Shown: piece by piece, positions 21,275 to 30,008 of the stretch
How the letters are laid out: the number at the start of each line of letters is the position of its first letter
Numbering within the stretch: position 1 is the stretch's first letter
Origin: an uncultured Clostridium sp.
GTDB lineage: Bacteria; Bacillota; Clostridia; TANB77; CAG-508
Reading direction: 5' to 3'
Assembly (NCBI GenBank): GCA_900555835.1
Contig: USMK01000001.1
Span: 14,494-78,493 of the forward strand
DNA length: 64,000 nucleotides
Notes under the pieces: model-generated
Databases searched by the model: none
The model's input: the letters and a program-made list of their open reading frames with translations, nothing else
What the model was told of the DNA's origin: nothing
Made by a program: the position numbers and the translations under genes

Positions 21275-22173
21275 TGAAGAAGAGAATATTGCAAATATAA
21301 GTGATGCAATAGTAAATGAATTAGAAAATTTGAATAGTTATGATTATGAAATAATTATTATAGATAACTATTCAACAGATAATACTAGAAAAATAATAGA
21401 AAAAAAGTGTAGTGAAAACAAAAAAATAAAGGCTATTTTTAACTGCAAAAATTTTGGACAATTTAACTCTCCATATTATGCTTTATTGCAATCAACCGGT
21501 GATTGTACAATGCTAATATGTGCAGATTTTCAAGATCCGGTGGAATTAATTCCGAAATTTATAGAAGAATGGGAAAATGGTTATAAAATAGTTATTGGAG
21601 TAAAAGAATCCAGTAAAGAAAGTAGAATGATGTATTTTTTACGTTCTTGTTATTATAAAATAATTAAAAAGTTTTCAGATATAGAGCAAATTGAACATTT
21701 TACTGGTTTTGGATTATATGATAAGGATTTTATAAATATATTGAGAAACTTGAATGATACAACTCCTTATTTAAGAGGAATTGTAGCAGAATTAGGGTTT
21801 CAAAGGAAAGAGATAAAATATAAGCAACCGAAAAGAATTGCAGGAAAGACACATAATAATTTTTATACTTTATATGATGCGGCTATGCTAGGATTTACCT
21901 CATACACTAAAATTGGGTTACGATTGGCAACTTTTATGCGGAATGTTTGTTGGTGGAGTGAGCGTAATAATAGGAATAATTTACTTGATACTAAAAATAT
22001 TATATTGGGATAGATTTGCGGCTGGAATGGCACCAATATTAATTGGAATGTTTTTCTTGGGAGCTTTGCAGTTATTTTTTATCGGTTTTATGGGAGAATA
22101 CATATTGTCTATAAATCACAGATTAATGAAAAGACCGTTGGTCATAGAGGAAAGAAGAATCAATTTTAAGTGA
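21240..22173 (+). CDS. Polyprenyl-phosphate glycosyltransferase (GT2, GtrB/CsbB/ArnC-like); needs a +1 shift at CGG 21939
   Basis: ORF 21240..22013 is the GT-A domain (ISIVIPAFNEEENI, IIIDNYSTDNT). ORF 21913..22173 holds the two C-terminal TM helices typical of GtrB. Skipping C21939 joins them (...RLATFM-GMFVGGVSVIIG...). Confidence 0.85.
21939..21941 (+). other. Phase-0 CGG; +1 recoding site (GtrB-like GT2)
   Basis: atg CGG aat. The +1 reading joins the GT-A domain to its TM helices. Confidence 0.8.
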
Positions 22174-22331
22174 TTAATTACTTAAAAATATGGTATTAAA
22201 CTAATTACATAATGAAAAAGAAATACGGATTAATGCAGTTAACATAAAACTATGTAGTCTTTCACATCATTGACACATATACAAGAAAAATAATAAATAT
22301 ATAAAAAAGTATTGAAATATTAATTAAAAAT

Positions 22332-22655
22332 GTGAATTATAGTAAAATGTGGGGTCTAAATATAGGCTCCACATTTTTGCAAAGGAGAGAATTAACAAAA
22401 CCAGTATATAATTTCGTTTTTGGAAATGTTTTGGGAAAAACTGCCGTATTTTTAATACAAAATATTTTTCCAACGGTAAAAAAATACATAGAAGAAAAGT
22501 ATGTGAATTCAAACAGCGATGGAGAAATTCCTAAAATAGTCAAAGATGAAATTATAAAGACTTCATTAAGAGTAGTAAAATTGGCAGAAGAAGGGATTAA
22601 TATTCCGTTTAGCAACATCATTGAAATGAAAAAAGTTTTATTAAAACAAAGTTAA
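22332..22655 (+). CDS. Hypothetical ORF in a 650-nt gap (possibly a gene remnant)
   Basis: 107 codons from a GTG. Only the C-terminal half looks protein-like. No convincing RBS. Confidence 0.3.
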   Translation: MNYSKMWGLNIGSTFLQRRELTKPVYNFVFGNVLGKTAVFLIQNIFPTVKKYIEEKYVNSNSDGEIPKIVKDEIIKTSLRVVKLAEEGINIPFSNIIEMKKVLLKQS

Positions 22656-22752
22656 GTATTGATGCTTTTGGGGATATATAGCAAAATAGTAAATATAACA
22701 AGCTATTTATTAGAATAAAAGTATCATCTTGCAAGTTAACATAAACTATGCA

Positions 22753-22781
22753 TTGACAAACATACTACTTTGTTATATAAT
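22753..22781 (+). promoter_or_regulatory. Sigma-A-type promoter, TTGACA-17-TATAAT
   Basis: Exact consensus hexamers with 17-nt spacing, 50 nt upstream of ORF 22831. Confidence 0.7.
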
Positions 22782-22830
22782 TTTCTTGCAGTTTTTTATT
22801 TTGACTCTAAAAAATTAAGGAGGGTTTATA

Positions 22831-23040
22831 ATGGAAAAGTTACAAGCTATGATCGAGCAATATAACAGAGTCTTTGATGAAATGGGCAATGTTAAGGCTT
22901 GCGGTCGTGAGGAATGTAAAAATTTGATAAATATGTGTAAGATGGAAGAACCTCTTACTGATTTTGGAAATCCAATAACTGGAATGATGAATGTTGAAAA
23001 TATTAAGAAATTTCGGAAAAAGAATTTTTTAAGAGTCTAA
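22831..23040 (+). CDS. Small hypothetical protein (69 aa)
   Basis: Consensus promoter at 22753-22781, RBS AAGGAGG and a terminator at 23041-23069. Phase-0 CGG at 23014. The +1 reading would end at 23032. Confidence 0.6.
   Translation: MEKLQAMIEQYNRVFDEMGNVKACGREECKNLINMCKMEEPLTDFGNPITGMMNVENIKKFRKKNFLRV
23014..23016 (+). other. Phase-0 CGG (small ORF); candidate site, not discriminating
   Basis: ttt CGG aaa. Both frames stop within 9 codons. Confidence 0.4.
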
Positions 23041-23069
23041 AAAAAGGCGGAGCTTTTCCGCCTTTTTTG
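23041..23069 (+). terminator. Rho-independent terminator
   Basis: ggcgga/tccgcc stem plus a T-run. Confidence 0.8.
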
Positions 23070-23104
23070 AAATATTGTAAAATATAATAGAAAGGTAGAA
23101 ATAT

Positions 23105-24235
23105 ATGAATTTAGATAAGGAAAATACAAAGAAAATTATATTAATAGTAGCAATTGGAATTATTATTTATTTAGGCCTTCAAAATTTAAGCAATATACTT
23201 GGAAGTTTTCAAGGACTACTTAAAATTTTAAATCCATTTATTTTAGGGGCTTGTATGGCTTTTGTACTTAATGTTGTTGTTAATTTAATAGAAACTAAAT
23301 GGATTAAAAACAAAAAGAAAAACAAAATAATAAGAAGAATAAAAAGACCACTTTCAATTTTTCTAGCAATGTTAATATTGTTTGCAGTAATATTTTTTGT
23401 AATATTTCTAGTAATACCAGGGTTAATAGACACAATAGATTCTATAAAAACATACATACCAGGTATTGCTACTAATGTGCAAAATTGGCTATATGATATG
23501 ACAAATCAATATCCGCAAATAAATGATACAATTAAAAATATAAATATCGACTGGAATAATTTGGACGACGAAACAATGAAATTGCTACAAAGTTGGGCTG
23601 GAACGATATTAAGTTCCTCTATAAATATTTTAGCAGCTATATTTTCAGGTGTTGCTAATTTGGTAATTGGACTAATTTTTGCTGTATACATATTATTACA
23701 AAAAGAGAAGTTGGGAATGCAATTTAGAAAAATAATGCAGGCATATATGAAACCAGAACTAATGGAAAAAACATTAAAAATATTTAAAGTAACCAATTCT
23801 GCATTTACAAAATTTATAACAGGACAAGTAACAGAGGCTTGTATTTTAGGATTTTTATGTTTCTTAGGTATGGTTGTATTAGGAATGCCATATGCACTTA
23901 CTATTGCTGTGCTAATAGGATTTACTGCTTTAATACCAATTTTTGGAGCTTTTATAGGAGCTGGAATAGGAGCTTTGCTAATTGCGGTTCAAAGTCCAAT
24001 GTTGGCACTTGGGTTTATAGTGTTTATAATTATTTTACAACAAATAGAAGGAAACATTATCTATCCAAAGGTTGTGGGTAATTCAGTAGGATTGCCAGGA
24101 ATTTGGGTAATGGTAGCAGTAACAGTTGGTGGTTCACTATGGGGAATTACAGGAATTGCGGTGAGTGTGCCAATTGCTTCAATTTTATATGCTCTTTTAA
24201 GAGAAGATGTTAATAATAGAATATTAGAACAATAA
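23105..24235 (+). CDS. AI-2E family transporter (PerM/YtvI-like permease)
   Basis: 376 aa and polytopic. C-terminal motif QQIEGNIIYPKVVG typical of the family. Confidence 0.85.
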   Translation: MNLDKENTKKIILIVAIGIIIYLGLQNLSNILGSFQGLLKILNPFILGACMAFVLNVVVNLIETKWIKNKKKNKIIRRIKRPLSIFLAMLILFAVIFFVIFLVIPGLIDTIDSIKTYIPGIATNVQNWLYDMTNQYPQINDTIKNINIDWNNLDDETMKLLQSWAGTILSSSINILAAIFSGVANLVIGLIFAVYILLQKEKLGMQFRKIMQAYMKPELMEKTLKIFKVTNSAFTKFITGQVTEACILGFLCFLGMVVLGMPYALTIAVLIGFTALIPIFGAFIGAGIGALLIAVQSPMLALGFIVFIIILQQIEGNIIYPKVVGNSVGLPGIWVMVAVTVGGSLWGITGIAVSVPIASILYALLREDVNNRILEQ

Positions 24236-24282
24236 TAAAAAATAGTATAGAATACCATATAAGTAAAATGTATCACATATAA

Positions 24283-24326
24283 AAAGCAAGAATATATTAT
24301 AATTTTAGCATATTCTTGCTTTTTTA
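24283..24326 (+). terminator. Rho-independent terminator
   Basis: agcaagaatat/atattcttgct stem plus a T-run. Confidence 0.8.
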
Positions 24327-24415
24327 TATGTATAATAATATACAGCTAAATTCTAAGTTTTTTTGTAAAAATAGTTGATTATTTTAGCATTTTAGGATAA
24401 AATTAGAAAAGATTT

Positions 24416-25102
24416 ATGAAAGATTATTTTAGGAGGAAGAAATTGATAACATTAGATGATGTAAAAAATAATTTTGAAGTTAAACAACTTGTTGAAGGAG
24501 CACAGCAACAGCTTGATGCTTTGGGATATACAGAACATTCTGTAAGACATATTTCAATAGTGTCTAAAAGGGCAGGAGATATTTTGCAAACATTAGGGTA
24601 TGACGAAAAGAAGGTTGAACTGGCAAGAATTGCTGGCTATTTACACGATATAGGGAATTGTATAAACAGAGTAGATCATGCTCATTCAGGAGCAATTTTA
24701 GCTTACAATATATTAAAAGAAATGGGAATGCCTGTTGAAGATTGTGTACAGATTTTAATGGCGATTGGAAATCACGACGAAAATACAGGGAATTCTGTAA
24801 GCGAAATATCAGCTGCATTAATACTTGCTGATAAATCTGATGTGCATAGAAGTCGAGTAAGAAACCAAAACTTAGCAAGCTTTGACATTCACGATAAAGT
24901 AAATTATGCTGTTACAAAATCAGATTTAATTATAAGTAGTGAAAACAGAAAAGTAACACTTGATTTAACAATAGACACATCAATTTGCCCAATGCTTGAT
25001 TATTTCGAAATTTTTATGGAAAGAACAATGATGAGCAAATATGCTGCTAAATTCTTAAATATATGGTTTGAGTTAATAATAAATGATACTAAATTATTGT
25101 AA
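24416..25102 (+). CDS. HD-domain phosphohydrolase
   Basis: H...GYLHDIGN...HDEN motif pattern. 228 aa. Confidence 0.75.
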   Translation: MKDYFRRKKLITLDDVKNNFEVKQLVEGAQQQLDALGYTEHSVRHISIVSKRAGDILQTLGYDEKKVELARIAGYLHDIGNCINRVDHAHSGAILAYNILKEMGMPVEDCVQILMAIGNHDENTGNSVSEISAALILADKSDVHRSRVRNQNLASFDIHDKVNYAVTKSDLIISSENRKVTLDLTIDTSICPMLDYFEIFMERTMMSKYAAKFLNIWFELIINDTKLL

Positions 25103-25129
25103 TTAAAAGTATAACTAGGAGGAATTAAA

Positions 25130-26479
25130 GTGAAAAAAAACAATGGATTAAAATTAACAATATTAGTGATTTGCATAATTTTAATATCACTAATATCTTT
25201 TGTAGGAATTTACAAACTACAAGGTGGTAATATAAAAAACATTATGCCAGAATATACCACTTCAAAAGAATTAAATGGAACAAGATTGATAACTTTTAAA
25301 GTAGACACATCAAATAAAGAAGATAGCAAAACAACAGCAACAACAGATGGTTCAGAGGACGAAAATACAGAAAAAACACCTGTAAATAGTCAAGAGGTTT
25401 TAACAGAAGAAAATTACGAATTAGCCAAAAACATAATGAAAAAAAGACTAGACCAATTTAATATAATAAACTATGATTTAAGAGTAGATAAAACAACAGG
25501 AACAATAGCACTAGAAGTTGGCGAAGATGGTCAAATAGACGATATTCTTGCATATTTATTATCACAAGGTAACTTTACAATAACAGACACAGATTCAGGA
25601 GAAGTTTTATTAGATAATTCAAAAATAAAAGAAACAAAAACAATGTACTATAATGGTACATCTGGAACAAATGTATATTTAGACATCATATTTAATGATG
25701 AAGGAAAAACAAAATTAGAAGAAATTTCTAAAACATATGTAGAAACAAAAGACGATGAAGGAAATTCTACAAAGAAAACAATTACAATAAAATTAGACGA
25801 CGAAACAATAACAACAACATATTTTGGACAAACTATGTCAAATGGTGAATTACCATTAACAGTAGGATCTGCTTCAAATGATTCAAACACAATAAAGAAT
25901 TATTTAGTCCAAGCTGGCGAACTTGCAATAGTTCTAAACAATGGAATAAATCCAATTGCATACACAATAGGAACAAACGAATATGTTGCACCAATTATAA
26001 CACCAGATACATTAAACAAAATAATAATATCAGCACTTGTTGTTTTAGCTGTTATGATTGTATATTTAGTAATTAGATATAAAACATTAGGAATAATATC
26101 AGCACTTTCTATGGTGGGCTATATAGCACTTTACTTAATTACAGTAAGATTTACAGACACAATAATTTCATTAGAGGCAATAGCTGCAATTGCAATTAGC
26201 ATTTTACTTGAATTTGTATTTGTACAAGCAATAGCAAAGGCAATTAAGAAAGACTCTGCAAATGCTACAAAAACAATAAATAAAGAATTGATAAAAAATA
26301 TATCAGTACAAGCTCCTCTATATATAATGGCAATAGTATTTGTATTTGTAGAATGGGAAACAATTAAAAGCTTTGGACTAGCATTGTTCTGGGGACTAAT
26401 AGTTTCACTTGTTTACAACTTAATAATAACAAAATACACCTTTATACAAAAAGCCAATATGATGGAAGCAAAGAAATAG
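25130..26479 (+). CDS. SecD-like (RND-type export accessory) membrane protein, divergent
   Basis: GTG start. N-terminal TM helix, a large extracytoplasmic domain and a C-terminal 5-6 TM bundle. The functional call is tentative. Confidence 0.5.
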   Translation: MKKNNGLKLTILVICIILISLISFVGIYKLQGGNIKNIMPEYTTSKELNGTRLITFKVDTSNKEDSKTTATTDGSEDENTEKTPVNSQEVLTEENYELAKNIMKKRLDQFNIINYDLRVDKTTGTIALEVGEDGQIDDILAYLLSQGNFTITDTDSGEVLLDNSKIKETKTMYYNGTSGTNVYLDIIFNDEGKTKLEEISKTYVETKDDEGNSTKKTITIKLDDETITTTYFGQTMSNGELPLTVGSASNDSNTIKNYLVQAGELAIVLNNGINPIAYTIGTNEYVAPIITPDTLNKIIISALVVLAVMIVYLVIRYKTLGIISALSMVGYIALYLITVRFTDTIISLEAIAAIAISILLEFVFVQAIAKAIKKDSANATKTINKELIKNISVQAPLYIMAIVFVFVEWETIKSFGLALFWGLIVSLVYNLIITKYTFIQKANMMEAKK

Positions 26480-26491
26480 GAGGAGAGATAA

Positions 26492-27151
26492 ATGAAAAAG
26501 AAAATATTATATGGAATAATGGCAGTTGTAATTTTAATAGGAATTATAATGTTCTTTGTACATGGATTTAATATAGGAAATGTATATGGAGATTACACTA
26601 AATTAGGATTTTATAATGAAAACGGAGTAAACCAAGAAGAATTATCAGAACTTGTAAAAGAATGCTTCCCAGACAAAGAGGCTGTTTATCAAGATGTAGA
26701 ATACTTTGGAGAAATGGTATTGATAACACTTCCAACAGTAAGTGATGATGAAATAAACAATTTTGTATCAAAAGTAAATGAGAAATATTCATTAGAATAC
26801 ACCAAAGACGATTTAGATGTTATTACTATGCCAAGTGCAAACTTTAATGAAATAATAAAACCATATGTATTGCCAGTTGCATTATCAATTGCAATATCAT
26901 TAGTATATATAGGTATTAGATACCATTCACTTGGAATAATAAAACAAGTATGTAAAACAATACTAGCAATATTAGTAGTAGAAGTCTTAATCCTAAGCAT
27001 CTACCTAATATTCAACCTACCAATAGACCTAAGCATAGTACCAACAACCCTAATCGGACTAGGAATAGCATTACTATACACAACCAGCACAAACAACGAA
27101 TTGCTAGAACAAAAGAAAGCAAAAGAAGAGGAAGAAGAAGAAAATAAATAA
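26492..27151 (+). CDS. SecF-like membrane protein, short and divergent
   Basis: Same architecture in miniature. Acidic C-terminus (KEEEEEENK). Adjacent to the SecD-like gene. Confidence 0.45.
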   Translation: MKKKILYGIMAVVILIGIIMFFVHGFNIGNVYGDYTKLGFYNENGVNQEELSELVKECFPDKEAVYQDVEYFGEMVLITLPTVSDDEINNFVSKVNEKYSLEYTKDDLDVITMPSANFNEIIKPYVLPVALSIAISLVYIGIRYHSLGIIKQVCKTILAILVVEVLILSIYLIFNLPIDLSIVPTTLIGLGIALLYTTSTNNELLEQKKAKEEEEEENK

Positions 27152-27159
27152 ACACAAAA

Positions 27160-27192
27160 ATAACCTTAATATTTTATATTAAGGCTATTTTT
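27160..27192 (+). terminator. Rho-independent terminator
   Basis: ccttaatat/atattaagg stem plus a T-run. Confidence 0.65.
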
Positions 27193-27217
27193 AGTGTAAG
27201 AAGAAAAAGGGGAAAAC

Positions 27218-27992
27218 ATGTCTAATATAAAGAAAAAGTTTATTATAATGACTATAATAGTAGTATGTTTAATTATAGGAATTACATATTGGATATATGA
27301 GAATAGTGGAAGCACCCTAGTTTATGAAAGAAAATTAGACAATAATATGTCTGCAACTAAAAAGGCTGTTATAGTTAAGGTATTACCTAATGCTTTGTGG
27401 GTTATGGAACCTGAAAATTATGACGATTTAATAGAAGTTACATATTCTGAGGAAAATAATTCAAAATTTAAACAAGGACAGGAAATTCTAATATATTATA
27501 ATAAAGAAGGGCAATTGGATAAAAGCTTGAAAATTTTGATTATGAATGTTGGAAAAATAGAGAGTTTAAAAGAAAAAAGTGAAGTGGAAATACCTAAGAA
27601 TATGATAATTGCTTGTTATAATTCAAAAGATAATATAGAAGTATATGATATGGCCATAACTAATAAAAAACTAGAATATAAAATTAAGGACACCAATGAT
27701 TATAAATATGAGATTTCCGAAAGTTATGAAATATATAAAATAGAGACCAAAGAACAGAATGAAAATAAAGAACAGATTTCTTATAATAACAAAATACAAA
27801 AAACAAAAGAAAAAGAAAATATAACAAGCTATAATTATGATTTGGGAATGCTAGAAGAACGGAAAATATCAATTTATAACTTATGATAAAACCTTAGAAA
27901 AATGGCAACATCAGCTATCTGGATTTAAAATAATAATTGACTTTTCTGTTGATAAAGAAGGAAACGTAACTGATTTTAAGTTAAAGTATTAA
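27218..27992 (+). CDS. Membrane-anchored hypothetical protein; needs a +1 shift at CGG 27860
   Basis: ORF 27218..27886 stops 8 codons after the CGG. The +1 reading runs 43 stop-free codons (GKYQFITYDKTLEKWQHQLSGFKIIIDFSVDKEGNVTDFKLKY) to 27992, just before the next RBS. Confidence 0.7.
27860..27862 (+). other. Phase-0 CGG; +1 recoding site
   Basis: gaa CGG aaa. The +1 frame is open for 43 codons in otherwise intergenic AT-rich DNA. Confidence 0.75.
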
Positions 27993-28024
27993 GAAGAGAA
28001 CTTAGTAATAGAGGGAGATTTTAT

Positions 28025-28495
28025 ATGAGAAGAAATCTGGTAATAATTATTATATTAGTAGTATGTTTAATTATAGGAATTACATGGATGTGGACTAAAA
28101 AAGCGGAAGAAAAAATAGAGAGTAGTAAATCATTTGAAATACATTTTACGGTTGATAATTCTTTAAAGGAAAATAAGATTATAAGCAAGGATGAAATGGA
28201 TTTATATGATTATGATATATATGAATATGGCGGAAATGCTAATATAACAATTGAGGGAATTACATACTCATTGCAAGAAGCTATAAAAAATGAGAAAATA
28301 ACTGTGTCTGAAATCTTAAACCAAGCTAAAAAGGATGAAGAAGAAGAGAAAATACAAGTCGAACAATATTTAGATGGAGGTTCAATAATATATAAGTATT
28401 CTACATATAATATAATAAAATGTAATACTCTAAACGGAAATCAAGATTTATATATATGTTCGCCGGGAACAGATTTAGCAGATATTAAACAATAA
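28025..28495 (+). CDS. Membrane-anchored hypothetical protein, N-terminal paralog of 27218
   Basis: Shares the anchor VVCLIIGITW with the upstream gene. RBS GAGGGAG. Confidence 0.7.
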   Translation: MRRNLVIIIILVVCLIIGITWMWTKKAEEKIESSKSFEIHFTVDNSLKENKIISKDEMDLYDYDIYEYGGNANITIEGITYSLQEAIKNEKITVSEILNQAKKDEEEEKIQVEQYLDGGSIIYKYSTYNIIKCNTLNGNQDLYICSPGTDLADIKQ

Positions 28496-28508
28496 ATAAA
28501 TTAACATA

Positions 28509-28547
28509 AAAAAAGAATCTTAATATTATATATTAGGGTTCTTTTTT
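28509..28547 (+). terminator. Rho-independent terminator
   Basis: Imperfect stem gaatcttaata/tattagggttc plus a T-run. Confidence 0.6.
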
Positions 28548-28901
28548 ATGGGGTGTGGTTTGGATATGAAAATTTTGAGTAGAATTAGGAGAATAATTTG
28601 TTTTAGAACATCGGGAAATGAGATATCATATAGTGAGGCTATGAAGATACGAAAGGAATGCGAAAATTCAGTTTTGCTGGATGTTAGAAGTAGGCAGGAG
28701 TATGACGAGGGGCATTTGCCTGGAGCTATTTGTATTCCTGTGTATGAGCTGGCTAGCAATGTCACGAAAATAATAACAGATAGGGATGCTGTAATTATTT
28801 GTTATTGTCAATGCGGAAGTAGGAGCAGGAAAGCTAGCAAAATTTTGGACGATTTGTGTTATTCAAATGTGTATATAATAAAAGGTGGACTAAATGGCTA
28901 A
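28548..28901 (+). CDS. Rhodanese-like domain protein
   Basis: VLLDVRSRQEYDEGHLPGAI and active-site loop CQCGSRS. The start may instead be ATG 28566, because a terminator hairpin ends at 28547. Confidence 0.8.
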   Translation: MGCGLDMKILSRIRRIICFRTSGNEISYSEAMKIRKECENSVLLDVRSRQEYDEGHLPGAICIPVYELASNVTKIITDRDAVIICYCQCGSRSRKASKILDDLCYSNVYIIKGGLNG

Positions 28902-29761
28902 TTATTCTTTTTTAAAATATCATTTGCCTTGTAAAAATTGCAAATATTGCAGTCAAGGCAAATGATTATTCTTTTGCCAAAAATCGCGCACAAAGTATCC
29001 AAAAATTCGGTTCCTTTTCCGTTGTTTAACAGATGAATATGAATTTTTTTAGGCAAAATATTAAGCAAAGTGTTTAGACAATAATCATTTGAAGAAAATG
29101 TAATATCAGAAAGATATTTTGCATTTGCAATTGATTTATCTATATGAATTATATTCTTTTTTTCATCTAATAATAATGAATCATCAGCAAAGTAAATTAA
29201 ATGAACTTCTTTTACCATAGAAGGAGTAGTATTTACATATGACTGTAATAATTCTATAAATTCATTATATTCCTTTTTTATAGTAAAATTATTAACAGAT
29301 TCAGAGATAATGTCAGTTAAAATCATAGAATATTCACGTAGTCTAAAATTAACAAAACCGTCTAAAATCATAGCTTTGTTGCTTTTTACATAATTATAGC
29401 AAATATGGTATAAAGTATTTAATCTTGAACTACGTAGCATATCACTTTCAGAAATTAATTCTTTGGCAATATCAAAAATATCACTTTTTTCACCATCACT
29501 AAAATAAAAGTAATCGTAATTAATAAGATTATTTAAAATTTTATCTTCATAAAATTTTAAAATAGTATGTTGAATAAGGCTGGAAACATAAGAATAGAAG
29601 CAAGTTTCGTCTTTTCCAACATAATGAATAATAACATTATTATAAATTTTAAATTTATTTCTAGATAAATAAAAATTATTAGGAGTATCGCACTTAAAAT
29701 TTGCAAGTAGATAATCTAAAATATTCTTATTATTGGTTTTAATACAAAAAGACTTAATCAT
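28898..29761 (-). CDS. YtxC-like sporulation-associated protein
   Basis: 287 aa. Overall resemblance to YtxC, recalled from memory. No catalytic motifs. Confidence 0.5.
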   Translation of the reverse strand: MIKSFCIKTNNKNILDYLLANFKCDTPNNFYLSRNKFKIYNNVIIHYVGKDETCFYSYVSSLIQHTILKFYEDKILNNLINYDYFYFSDGEKSDIFDIAKELISESDMLRSSRLNTLYHICYNYVKSNKAMILDGFVNFRLREYSMILTDIISESVNNFTIKKEYNEFIELLQSYVNTTPSMVKEVHLIYFADDSLLLDEKKNIIHIDKSIANAKYLSDITFSSNDYCLNTLLNILPKKIHIHLLNNGKGTEFLDTLCAIFGKRIIICLDCNICNFYKANDILKKNN

Positions 29762-29931
29762 AATAACTCCTTCCGAAAATATACAATCATATTATCTACC
29801 AAAATAAACTAAGATATACATATTATATTATTCAACTATGCCCTAAAACGCAATATGTCCGAATGAAAGTTGAAATTACTTATCCTTGGAGCTATGTGGG
29901 AAAAAATGTTTACATAATTGAAAAAACAGAA

Positions 29932-30008
29932 AAAAAGATGAATTGGGACGGAGGAAAAAAAGCATTTTCGAAAAAATGTTTTTTTCTTCCGTCCCAATTC
30001 ATCTTTTT
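29932..30008 (-). terminator. Long hairpin terminator after the GH57 operon
   Basis: 20-bp perfect arms (aaaaagatgaattgggacgg / ccgtcccaattcatcttttt), immediately 3' of the GH57 stop. Confidence 0.75.

Noticed and set aside
25130-27151. Confident annotation as canonical SecD and SecF
   Set aside because: The architecture fits, but I could not find the characteristic conserved motifs and the second protein is short. They are kept as SecD/SecF-like at low functional confidence.
27160-28547. Similar terminator hairpins (cttaatat...atattaag) at 27160-27192 and 28509-28547 as a possible repeat family
   Set aside because: There are only two short, imperfect copies in an AT-rich context. This is adequately explained as independent intrinsic terminators.
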